A stretch of DNA of 32,000 bases from Acaryochloris marina MBIC11017 (GTDB lineage: Bacteria; Cyanobacteriota; Cyanobacteriia; Thermosynechococcales; Thermosynechococcaceae), in the NCBI RefSeq assembly GCF_000018105.1, contig NC_009925.1, positions 300,001-332,000 on the forward strand, written 5' to 3'. The notes under the pieces are model-generated. The model had not been told where the DNA came from, ran no database searches, and saw only the letters and a program-made list of their open reading frames with translations. A program made the translations under genes and the position numbers. Shown here piece after piece: positions 11,483 to 19,685 of the stretch (within the stretch, counting starts at the first letter, position 1; every line of letters begins with the position of its first letter).

Positions 11483-12472
11483 AGCCTGACGAACGCTGGC
11501 GAAAGGAGTGTTATGGCACTTAGAGACTATTTCAAACGGCAAGGTTTGGCCAAAGCCAGATTCACTAATACTATGGACTTCGACATGTAAGTGGGGAGCC
11601 GAACTCCAACCCGAATTGCCGCTGTAGCCAATGAGGTCCCCCGTTCTCACCCAATCATTCAACTTGATTGGGATTTTCTTTTTAAAGTTCTGCTGCAAAT
11701 GAATGTAGGCTGAACGGACTCCATTACTATGTTCTAGCCAAATAAAGTTAAACTTCTCCGCATTTCTACGTCTTCCCCCTTTATCGGGATATTTATCTCG
11801 CAAGCCAATCACTCGCCCACCCTGCATGGCATAAACGGGCATGCCAATGGGTACACCAAAGTCATAGGCATATTTCATCCGGCCTTGATGAGTATTGCCT
11901 CGGGTTCCTTGACTGAGAAACCCTTTGCCTTGAAGGGGGTGACAATAGCCTTTCATGGCTGTACTAGGCAGATCCGTCAGGGGATGAGTTCCTCGACGAT
12001 TATCAAACCACTGCTTAACCCCTAACCGATTGAGAAGAAGACTGGGCATGCTAGTGGGGGGATCTGGGAAAGCCCCTCCTTCTGGCATGGATGGAGCGGG
12101 TCGAACTGACAATAGGGAGCAACCCGAGCCTAAACCACAAGCCAACGACAAACTCACTAAGGTGGCCGTTTGCTTCAGCCCCTTAGAAATTGGATTTCGA
12201 ATCGATTGCTTTTGGTGGGTTTTTATAGGAAAATCGCACAAATTCTGTCTATTACTCAATAATTTATAGAAATATTGATAACAATCAGCTTGAAATCCAT
12301 TTTTCTCTTTCTTTATACGAAAAAAATGATTTTCTGGGGAAATATAATCTGGATAACTCTTATTTCTAAGCTTATTTGAGTGAAGAATAATAGAATTGAA
12401 TATTGAGGTTAAAGAGGAAAATTCTCTTACCCAGCAAGGAATCTTCTCAACAGGCATATTACTTGAACACAC
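11477..12472 (-). CDS. M23-family peptidoglycan metalloendopeptidase; start uncertain
   Basis: The C-terminal half has M23 hallmarks (H.G.D, GYSGNSGWSSAPHLHVEVH). There is a hydrophobic or lipobox-like segment, LVSLSLACG. The first about 90 codons are very AT-rich and may not be coding, but the only in-frame ATGs are at the 5' end. Confidence 0.7.
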   Translation of the reverse strand: MCSSNMPVEKIPCWVREFSSLTSIFNSIILHSNKLRNKSYPDYISPENHFFRIKKEKNGFQADCYQYFYKLLSNRQNLCDFPIKTHQKQSIRNPISKGLKQTATLVSLSLACGLGSGCSLLSVRPAPSMPEGGAFPDPPTSMPSLLLNRLGVKQWFDNRRGTHPLTDLPSTAMKGYCHPLQGKGFLSQGTRGNTHQGRMKYAYDFGVPIGMPVYAMQGGRVIGLRDKYPDKGGRRRNAEKFNFIWLEHSNGVRSAYIHLQQNFKKKIPIKLNDWVRTGDLIGYSGNSGWSSAPHLHVEVHSISESGFGQTLPFEIVSKCHNTPFASVRQAS

Positions 12473-13422
12473 TTTTTAGGCTGACCAACTCTAAAATTGA
12501 TCAAGATAATAATGTAGTAGCATTGAATACATTCACGCGAATAAAATTTATTCTTTAAATATTGATTGATTGTTTTTATATTAGGAAATGTTAATCATAT
12601 TTTATTGTTTATAGCCTTGATTCAGGATAGCTATTACACCTTTATAGGAATAAAATAGATTTTGATTTTATCGGTAATTCCTTATTTGATAAGAGGTTGC
12701 TGGTGATTTTGTCCCTGCTCGATCCCTAGAGATTTGGAAAGATTCTGAAACGCATTATCCAGTTTGAGAATCTCTCTCTTAGAATCAAAGTCTGGGATAA
12801 GCAAGAAGCTGTATGGCTTACAGAAAAGGAGGTACAGCCAAGTTCTCCTTGCTTTAGAATTTTTTTTGACAGAGAAAACCTGTTTTGTCCTGAAAGATGA
12901 GAACAGTTTAAAAATCATTAATGCTCTTAAACCCTGCGAAATATAAATTTCTAAATTTGCGATTTTGATTTCAGGGGATTTCGTCTCTAAATACTATAAG
13001 CAAGGAAAAAATATGTCTGGTCCAATTAGACTCTGAGTGATGGCCGAAGAAGAGACTGAATTAGAGGCGAATACCGAAAGTCTCGCTACTCTTTATACTG
13101 GGTCTACTTTTCGCCAAGGCGGTTCCTGAGCTGCCAAGCAGCTATTGTCCATTACCCGAAAGTGAGTATCAGTTGATATTGTGGCGTTCAAGAAATCTGA
13201 TCAGGGTGTGTAAGCCTAACCCTTGTCGTTTTGTGAGTGCGGGAAGACTGAACAGTTGGGAGATAGGGATTTGGCTAGCTGAATGCGCTTAGAAAAGGAT
13301 CTTGGGGCCTTTTCTCATCAGAGGTGCTTTTTTGCAGATGTGGGCTGCTTGATATTGCTTGGGGGAGAAACCCGTTAAAAATATATGCGACATTAGAGAA
13401 CAGTTGGAAGTTCTGCTAGGTA

Positions 13423-15324
13423 ATGGGTAAAAACTGGGCAATTGCCATTGGGATTAACGATTATCAAAATATGCGTCCGCTGAAATTTGCCCGAAAAGAC
13501 GCGGAGGCGGTGTGCCAGTTTTTTCAGGAGTCCTTGCATTTCGATAAGGTAGATTTGTTTGCCAAAGGGGCAGAGCCTGTCCGCTATGAAGATGGTCCTC
13601 CCATTCAAGCTGACCCTACTGTCGGCAATTTAGATACGTTTTTTGATGTCCGGTTTGAACACCCATTTCTAGAGCCAGGAGATAACCTGTGGTTTTTCTT
13701 TGCTGGGCATGGCAAACGCCACAAGGGGCGAGATTATTTGATGCCGATTGATGGCAGCCCCCGTCGTGTTGAAAGGATGGGTATTGCCATTGATTATATT
13801 GCTGAGCGACTGCGACGTAGTGGGGCGGATAATGTGATTTTGATGATTGACGCCTGCCGAGGCGAGGATGATCGGGATGGGGGTGAAGGGGTGGGTCGGC
13901 AACAGCAGAAAGGGATTATTACTCTGTTTGCCTGTAGCCCCAATGAGCTGTCCTATGAAATTGAGGAGATAGAGCAAGGGGCGTTTACCCATACGCTGCT
14001 TGCCGGACTCCAGATCCAGGGGGCGGGTAATTGCGCGACGGTGGAACGTTTGAGCCAATACCTGAGGGCGCAGGTGCCCGAGGTTAACCGTCGGTATAAT
14101 AAACCTGCTCAGACGCCATATACTCGGATAGAACCTGAATCGAAGCTGCATTTTATTTTGCTGCCGGGGCAAGCCACGCTGCAAGATGTAGCCACAATGA
14201 AAATTGATGCCCTGGTAGCTGAGACGGAAAATGATTTGGATGGGGCTGAGCATCTGTGGACTCGGGTGTTAGCAGCTTCTCAGGCAGACTTTCAAGCGAT
14301 TAAGGGATTACAGCGAATTGCGGTCAAACGGGCAACGGGCCAGTCCCTTAGATCGACACCGACTCCAAGTCCAGAGACGCTAACCACTGGGGCTGATAAC
14401 TCTTCCCGAGAACCTGCGAGTAATCTTCCGCCAGAATCGAAGGACAACCTGGCTGACAACAAACCGTCTAAACCTCAACCCTCAAGGGTGACGTTTTCGG
14501 TGGTCAAGGTGAATGCCCAAGGCGAGGTGATTGAGCAGCAAGAGCAACAGACAGAACAAAGCTTGGTAATGTTGCCGGGAGAAGTCCCCCTATCTCTGGT
14601 TCACATTCCCCAGGGGAAGTTTTGGATGGGTGCCCAGAAGAATGAAATAGATGCTCAAGATACTGAATACCCTAGGCATCAGGTATCGGTGCCCTCTTTT
14701 TGGATGGGGCAATATCCGGTAACACAACGACAGTGGCAAGCGATTGCGGGGCTGAGCAAAGTCAAGGTGGATCTGGATCCAGACTGTTCCAATTTCAAAG
14801 GAGAGGCTTTACCTGTGGAGAAGGTGTCTTGGTATCAGGCCGTTGAATTTTGTGAGCGCCTATCACGACATTCCGGCCAAGACTATCGGTTACCGACTGA
14901 GGCAGAGTGGGAATATGCCTGTCGAGCGGGTACCGAAACCCCTTTTTATTGTGGGGAAACTATTACAACAGATCAAGCCAATTACTGTGGTGATGCCACC
15001 TATGGGAACGGTCCAAAAGGGCAGTATAGATCGAAAACCATAGCCGTCGGTTCATCTGCTGCCAATGCCTTTGGCTTATTTGCCATGCATGGCAATGTCT
15101 GGGAATGGTGTCTGGATCATTGGCATGAGGATTATACAAACGCTCCTACCGATGGGACTGCTTGGTTAAGTGAAAATGATAATCATTATCGTCTGCTGCG
15201 GGGCGGTTCCTGGGGCAACTCTCCGAGGAGCTGCCGCTCGGCCTCGCGCCTCAGGCTCAGGCCCGACTCCCAGAACGACTGCGTCGGTTTCCGTGTCGTG
15301 TGTGTTTCGGCGAGGGCCTTCTAG
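13423..15324 (+). CDS. DGR target protein: N-terminal caspase-like (C14) protease domain plus C-terminal FGE-sulfatase/C-type-lectin-fold domain carrying the variable repeat
   Basis: Caspase His/Cys dyad contexts FFFAGHGKRH and LMIDACRGE. The FGE-type domain has IPQGKFWMGA, YPRHQV, EKVSWYQAVEFC, RLPTEAEWEYACRAG, GNVWEWC and LLRGGSW. The last 43 codons overlap the VR. Confidence 0.9.
   Translation: MGKNWAIAIGINDYQNMRPLKFARKDAEAVCQFFQESLHFDKVDLFAKGAEPVRYEDGPPIQADPTVGNLDTFFDVRFEHPFLEPGDNLWFFFAGHGKRHKGRDYLMPIDGSPRRVERMGIAIDYIAERLRRSGADNVILMIDACRGEDDRDGGEGVGRQQQKGIITLFACSPNELSYEIEEIEQGAFTHTLLAGLQIQGAGNCATVERLSQYLRAQVPEVNRRYNKPAQTPYTRIEPESKLHFILLPGQATLQDVATMKIDALVAETENDLDGAEHLWTRVLAASQADFQAIKGLQRIAVKRATGQSLRSTPTPSPETLTTGADNSSREPASNLPPESKDNLADNKPSKPQPSRVTFSVVKVNAQGEVIEQQEQQTEQSLVMLPGEVPLSLVHIPQGKFWMGAQKNEIDAQDTEYPRHQVSVPSFWMGQYPVTQRQWQAIAGLSKVKVDLDPDCSNFKGEALPVEKVSWYQAVEFCERLSRHSGQDYRLPTEAEWEYACRAGTETPFYCGETITTDQANYCGDATYGNGPKGQYRSKTIAVGSSAANAFGLFAMHGNVWEWCLDHWHEDYTNAPTDGTAWLSENDNHYRLLRGGSWGNSPRSCRSASRLRLRPDSQNDCVGFRVVCVSARAF
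15194..15314 (+). repeat. DGR variable repeat (VR)
   Basis: 121 bp aligning without gaps to 17886-18006. 104/121 positions are identical, and all 17 differences fall at template adenines. Confidence 0.9.
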
Positions 15325-15395
15325 CCCTTTACCCTCTTTCCCTTTTGCCCTTTGATCGAATTATTTTTTAAATTATCCTAATAAATAAAATCTTT

Positions 15396-15734
15396 ATGGA
15401 AGATCTACCCGTTATTCAAAAGACATACGATTGTATTCGCTGGTATGTACCGATTCTGAGTAAATTGCCTCGCCATCATCGCTATACCTTGGGAGATCGT
15501 ATGATTTCTAGCTTATATGACCTCCTGGAAGGATTGATTACAGCCCGATATTCCCGCAATAAGCTGCCCCTGCTAGAAACCCTCAATAGCAAGCTAGATA
15601 TTCTGCGGTATCAAACCCGTCTGATGCAAGACTTTGAACTGATATCCGGCCAGCGGTATGAAAATGCCAGCCTCTTCCTCCACGAGATTGGTTTAGACCT
15701 GGGGGGCTGGATTAAGCAACAGCGGAGGCGGTAG
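15396..15734 (+). CDS. avd: four-helix-bundle protein (23S rRNA intervening-sequence protein family), the DGR accessory variability determinant
   Basis: 112 aa with the typical family pattern (W...L.K.P+..+YTLGDR......L.E.LI.A). It ends 4 nt before the RT start and lies between the VR gene and the RT. Confidence 0.8.
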   Translation: MEDLPVIQKTYDCIRWYVPILSKLPRHHRYTLGDRMISSLYDLLEGLITARYSRNKLPLLETLNSKLDILRYQTRLMQDFELISGQRYENASLFLHEIGLDLGGWIKQQRRR

Positions 15735-15936
15735 CACTATGCGGCGGGTCGGCAACTTGTGGCCCCAAATCATTGCCTTTCAGAATTTGATTCAAGCGGC
15801 GCGGCAGGCTCAAAAAGGCAAGCGATATCGAGCCAATGTTCTGCAATTCAACCATCACCTAGAAACTGAACTGTTCACGATTCAGTCTGAACTAGCCACG
15901 CAAACCTACACCCCAGGCCCCTATCGAACCTTTGAA

Positions 15937-15945
15937 ATCTTTGAG
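15937..15945 (+). repeat. left copy of the 9-bp target-site duplication ATCTTTGAG
   Basis: Identical 9-mer at 17005-17013, directly abutting both IS inverted repeats. Confidence 0.9.
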
Positions 15946-17004
15946 GGCGTTGTTGCATGAATAGGTGCTGCGGATTAGGCGCGGGCTAGAGTTTATGTAC
16001 CACCAAAAACCGCTAGCCCATGAGTTACCAAATCCGCAACTGGTCCGAGTATAACGCTGGTCTCAAACAGCGGGGAAGTGTGACCTTCTGGCTCGAACAA
16101 TCAGCTATCGTTCATTGGCTAGAAACCACACCGAGACAAAAGCGGGGAGCCTCTCTGACCTATAGCGATACAGCAATCTCCACCTTCGAGACCGTCAAAT
16201 GTATCTATGGTTTAGCAGGGCGTCAAACCGAAGGATTTCTAAATTCATTGTTTGAGTTGATGGGAATTGAGCTTCCCGTTTGTGACCACAGCACCGTCTC
16301 TCGGCGGAAAGGTCAGCTATCGATTTCATTGCCCGTTATACCTAAGCAAGGTGCCATTCACGTCGTTATCGATAGCACAGGGGTCAAAGTCTATGGTGAA
16401 GGAGAGTGGAAAACCAGGCAACATGGTGTGAGCAAACGTCGGACGTGGCGTAAACTTCACTTGAGTGTTGATGAGTCCACTGGAGAAATTCTCACGGGTG
16501 TCGTGACAACCAATGACGTTCAGGATGGTGAAGTGTTTGAAGATCTCCTTGAAGGCATCGACGATGAGATTGAACAGGTCTCTGCTGACGGAGCCTATGA
16601 CCAAAGTCATTGCTATGATGCCCTCATGGAGCGCAATGCCACAGCTGCAATTCCCCCAAGGAAGAATGCCAAAATTTGGCAACATGGAAACTGCAATGCT
16701 CCACCCCATCCACGAGATCAAAATCTCAGAGCCATCCGAAAACAGGGACGAAAGAGGTGGAAAAAACAAGCCCACTATCATCGGCGGTCTCTAGCTGAAA
16801 CGACGATGTTTCGCTTCAAAACTATCTTTGGGGGTCAGGTACGTTCCCGTAACTTTGATAATCAAGCCACAGAGTTACTCCTGCAGTGTGCGGCACTCAA
16901 TCGAATGATTCAGATCGCCAAACCCGAGACTGTTTGGGTTGAAGCTTAAGAATAACGAGGAGAGGCAATTCATCTAGCCTTTACGCGATTCATGCAACAA
17001 AGCC
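15946..17004 (+). mobile_element. IS5-family, IS903-group insertion sequence (1059 bp)
   Basis: Terminal inverted repeats are GGCGTTGTTGCATGAAT (15946-15962) and the reverse complement of 16988-17004, GGCTTTGTTGCATGAAT (16/17 identical). They resemble the IS903 GGCTTTGTTG... ends. A 9-bp TSD and a single 309-aa DDE transposase ORF are present. Confidence 0.9.
16020..16949 (+). CDS. IS5/IS903-group DDE transposase
   Basis: The N-terminus (NWSEYNAGLKQRGS.TFW) and the DDE blocks (VIDSTG.KV.GEGEW, SADGAYD, RSLAET.MFRFK) are typical of IS903-like transposases. The ORF is intact. Confidence 0.85.
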   Translation: MSYQIRNWSEYNAGLKQRGSVTFWLEQSAIVHWLETTPRQKRGASLTYSDTAISTFETVKCIYGLAGRQTEGFLNSLFELMGIELPVCDHSTVSRRKGQLSISLPVIPKQGAIHVVIDSTGVKVYGEGEWKTRQHGVSKRRTWRKLHLSVDESTGEILTGVVTTNDVQDGEVFEDLLEGIDDEIEQVSADGAYDQSHCYDALMERNATAAIPPRKNAKIWQHGNCNAPPHPRDQNLRAIRKQGRKRWKKQAHYHRRSLAETTMFRFKTIFGGQVRSRNFDNQATELLLQCAALNRMIQIAKPETVWVEA

Positions 17005-17013
17005 ATCTTTGAG
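17005..17013 (+). repeat. right copy of the 9-bp target-site duplication ATCTTTGAG
   Basis: See 15937-15945. Confidence 0.9.
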
Positions 17014-17885
17014 CCTAAATTGCGGTTGATATCGGCGGCCCCCTATCGGGACCGAGTCGTTCACCATGCCCTTTGCAATGTTATTATTCCGGTGTTTGAA
17101 CCGACGCTTATTAGCGATTCCTATGCCAATCGGTGGGGATATGGCACCCATCGAGCCGTGCAGCGGTTTACGCAGTTTGCTCGCTCCAGCCGATATGTAT
17201 TGCAGTGCGATATTCGCAAATATTTCCCCTCCATTGATCATGGCCTGCTGAAGGCTGGCCTACGCCGCAAAATCAAGTGTCCAAAAACCCTCTGGCTGAT
17301 TGACCAAATCATCGATCACAGCAATCCCCAAGCAACAGTCCTTGAATATTTCCCCGGTGATGATTTACTCACTCCCCTTGCCCATCGCCGAGGGCTACCT
17401 ATTGGCAACCTAACCAGTCAGTTTTTTGCCAATGTCTATCTGAATGGGTTCGATCACTTTGTCAAAGAGCAGTTGAAAACCAAAAAATACGTCAGATATG
17501 TGGATGACTTTGCCCTGTTCGATGACAGCCGTGAACAGTTAGTTCAAGCTCGCCAAGCTATCGAAGCCTATTTAAACCAACTCCGACTCAAAATTCATCC
17601 GATCAAAAGCCAAATCGTCGCCACCCACCATGGCGTCGCTTTTTTGGGATTTCGGATTTTCCCCGCTCATATTCGCGTCCAGAATGCCAATATCCGCAGG
17701 AGCCGTAAAAGATTACGAAAACTACAAAAAGCCTATGCACAAGGTGAAATTAGTGCCACGATGATCGATCAATCGATTCAAAGTTGGGTTGCCCACCTTA
17801 GCCATGCTGATACTTGGCAACTGCGACAACGGATATTTGCTGACCTTGTGTTTGCAAGGCAGTAGAGATGGGCTAGACACAACCG

Positions 17886-18006
17886 TGCTGCGGGGCGGTT
17901 CCTGGAACAACAATCCGAGGAACTGCCGCTCGGCCACGCGCAACAGGAACAAACCCGACAACCAGAACAACAACGTCGGTTTCCGTGTCGTGTGTGTTTC
18001 GGCGAG
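17886..18006 (+). repeat. DGR template repeat (TR)
   Basis: Starts 20 nt after the RT stop. In the target frame it reads [41 protein letters not shown], with many AAC/AAT codons. It is the adenine-bearing partner of the VR. Confidence 0.9.
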
Positions 18007-18109
18007 TACTCTCCGTACCAGAACTGAGTGATGGGAATCCCTCGGGCGTGTGCTAGAAGAGTCCAGGTCTAGTCCAGAGATGCGGGTAACGGCATCCAAA
18101 AATCAAACC

Positions 18110-18155
18110 GGGCTGAATAGCTTCGTAAGCCATATGCTGAGCAGTTATTCAGCCC
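18110..18155 (+). other. long hairpin about 100 nt downstream of the TR (possible DGR-RNA structural element or transcript end)
   Basis: GGGCTGAATA (18110-18119) pairs with TATTCAGCCC (18146-18155), extendable by 3 more pairs. No U-tract follows. Confidence 0.3.
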
Positions 18156-18183
18156 AAGCCAGACAACTTATGTGGGGAATTTT

Positions 18184-18573
18184 ATGTCAGACACAATTGA
18201 ACTTTGGGTGGTAGCGGAAGCCGAATCTGAAGTGGACGTGGACACTGGAAATCGTGGTGATGGAAGTCGTGACGCTGAATTCACCGGACCAAGTTTTGGT
18301 GAAAAGGTAGATCGGGCAACTCAGAAATTGATTTCCCTAACTCGCAAACGAGTACCTGTGGATGTAGCCATGCTCAAAAAACAAATGAATGGCATGATGC
18401 AAGTGGTGGATGAGCTATTTATCCAATCAGAAATTCAAACCAAAATGCAGCTGGATGAAGTAGAGCTAAAAGTTGAAATTAACGCAGAAGGTCAACTTAG
18501 TCTCGTAGGGAATGGCGGTAAGCTGGGGAATACAGGCGGAATCACCTTGAAATTTAGCCGTCCTAAGTCCTAG
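18184..18573 (+). CDS. small acidic protein resembling the Trypco1 ('trypsin co-occurring domain 1', CU044_2847-like) family
   Basis: 129 aa. The C-terminal pattern LDEVELKVEINAEGQLSLVGNGGKLGNTGGITLKFSR resembles the family's conserved (V/I)E(V/F)G.K..AE.G......G.......(V/L)...W tail as I remember it. ATG at 18184. Assignment is from memory only. Confidence 0.4.
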   Translation: MSDTIELWVVAEAESEVDVDTGNRGDGSRDAEFTGPSFGEKVDRATQKLISLTRKRVPVDVAMLKKQMNGMMQVVDELFIQSEIQTKMQLDEVELKVEINAEGQLSLVGNGGKLGNTGGITLKFSRPKS

Positions 18574-18750
18574 ATACGACCTAACACTAACCAATGGCAA
18601 CCCCCTGGGCGATCACCATGAGGATTACCCCTACGACCATTTCCAGTTTGTCAAACTAGGTGCGAAGTTACTTTTTAGTTATCCTGCAATTTTTATCAGT
18701 AGTTTAGTCGGCGGGTACAATCCTGCCTAAAACAATCTTTGGGACACTCA

Positions 18751-18790
18751 AAAGAAAAGCGATGGCCTTCGTTTTATCAAAAGCCATCGC
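18751..18790 (-). terminator. Rho-independent terminator of the 18828..19685 gene
   Basis: The stem is GCGATGGC (18759-18766) pairing with GCCATCGC (18783-18790). On the minus strand TTTTCTTT (plus-strand 18751-18758) follows, 38 nt after the stop. Confidence 0.65.
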
Positions 18791-18827
18791 CATCAGTCAA
18801 CGCCAACACAACCTGGAGAACCTCAAC

Positions 18828-19685
18828 CTAACGCCACATCTCGCGCCAAGCCCCCACAACATTAAAACCATTGCCTACGGGCTTAATTTTCAAAGAACCA
18901 TAGTTGAAATGGTTACAGACGGGTCCAAAAACACTGCCACAAATATCACTCGCTCCCGCTCCTTTTAGGGATCGAGTCCCCAAATGACTATAGGTTGATT
19001 GCCCCCATTGACCATTTCCAAACCAAGTTGTGAAGTAACGCTTGGGGGCGTAACTTCCCTGTGGACCAACCTTTAAGACACATCGTAGTCCTCTACCTTG
19101 GCGACCTTTTGGCGGCGCAATTAAATCTGCAACCCGATATTGATCAAAAAACTTACCGCAGGTGCGCGCCCGACGTAAGGGTTGATATTGAGTCGTTCGC
19201 ACCTGTATCCATTCTTCATTCCAGGCTCCAGTTACTTGGATTCGACTGGGAGAGATCATCCTGACCCGTAGGTTGCCGGGAAAATTATTCTTAAAATGTT
19301 CGCCATTACCATAGATGTCCGACGCATAGCCCCGCATTAAGCGACGATTTCCAAACGCATGGCCAACGTGACGATAGGATTTTCCATTCCAATTCCCTTC
19401 GCCATACCAAGCAATTTTGGGAAGTCGTCGAGATCCACGTCTGACGGTAGAGACCTTCACACAACGGATTCCTCGACCTCTCTGCCGATTTAAAGACCGG
19501 ACCACAAAGGTTTTGAGATGGCGACCGCAGGAAAATTTCTGGGTTTTGAGGGGGCGCTGGCTAAAGGTGCGCTGGTGAAGGGTTTGCGCATTGATAGCGG
19601 GTGCCATAGAAAGGGCCAAAACCCCACCTAAAGCGAGCGACTTCAGTTGATTAATCTTTGCAGACATGACCTGACTCCTGTACAT
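18828..19685 (-). CDS. secreted, very basic protein built from two tandem copies of a domain of about 115 aa; function unknown
   Basis: Signal peptide (…LALSMAPAINA/QT). The internal duplication is visible in CGRH..RGRGIRCV..WYGEGNWNGKSYRHVGH..GYASDIYGNG..VTGAWNEEW versus CGKF..GRGLRCV..WFGNGQWGQSTYSHLGT..AGASDICGSV..VVGAWREMW. Confidence 0.6.
   Translation of the reverse strand: MYRSQVMSAKINQLKSLALGGVLALSMAPAINAQTLHQRTFSQRPLKTQKFSCGRHLKTFVVRSLNRQRGRGIRCVKVSTVRRGSRRLPKIAWYGEGNWNGKSYRHVGHAFGNRRLMRGYASDIYGNGEHFKNNFPGNLRVRMISPSRIQVTGAWNEEWIQVRTTQYQPLRRARTCGKFFDQYRVADLIAPPKGRQGRGLRCVLKVGPQGSYAPKRYFTTWFGNGQWGQSTYSHLGTRSLKGAGASDICGSVFGPVCNHFNYGSLKIKPVGNGFNVVGAWREMWR

Larger units (their letters stand above)
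15739..17865 (+). pseudogene. DGR reverse transcriptase, interrupted by an IS insertion after codon 69
   Basis: Removing 15946-17013 (the IS plus one TSD copy) joins the two fragments (15739-15945 and 17014-17865) in frame, giving ...YRTFEIFE|[20 protein letters not shown].... The result is 352 aa with the DGR-type motif IGNLTSQ (IGxxxSQ) and the catalytic YVDD. As it stands, the 5' fragment runs into the IS and stops at 15958-15960. Confidence 0.9.

Noticed and set aside
12682-12918. 78-aa minus-strand ORF in the AT-rich spacer
   Set aside because: It is AT-rich and low-complexity (K/F/L/S-rich), with no RBS or recognisable motif. It is most likely a chance ORF in AT-rich DNA.
13118-13135. 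GGCGGTTCCTG+AGCTGCC, matching VR 15202-15212 and 15229-15235 (18/18 with a 16-nt gap), upstream of the DGR target; possible relic of a second VR/TR
   Set aside because: There is no flanking homology on either side, the match is short, and GGCGGTTCC encodes the common GGS of FGE domains. It cannot be distinguished from chance or a tiny relic without a genome-wide search.
15739-17865. RT could belong to a retron or group II intron
   Set aside because: An adjacent Avd-family gene, the IGxxxSQ motif and an adenine-specific TR/VR pair identify it as a DGR RT. I saw no intron RNA domains or msr/msd-like inverted repeats.
17789-18031. 80-aa ORF ending ...[41 protein letters not shown]...
   Set aside because: It is the DGR template repeat read in the target's frame, an Asn-rich pseudo-copy of the VR. 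It overlaps the RT 3' end and has no independent start signals, so it is not a gene.
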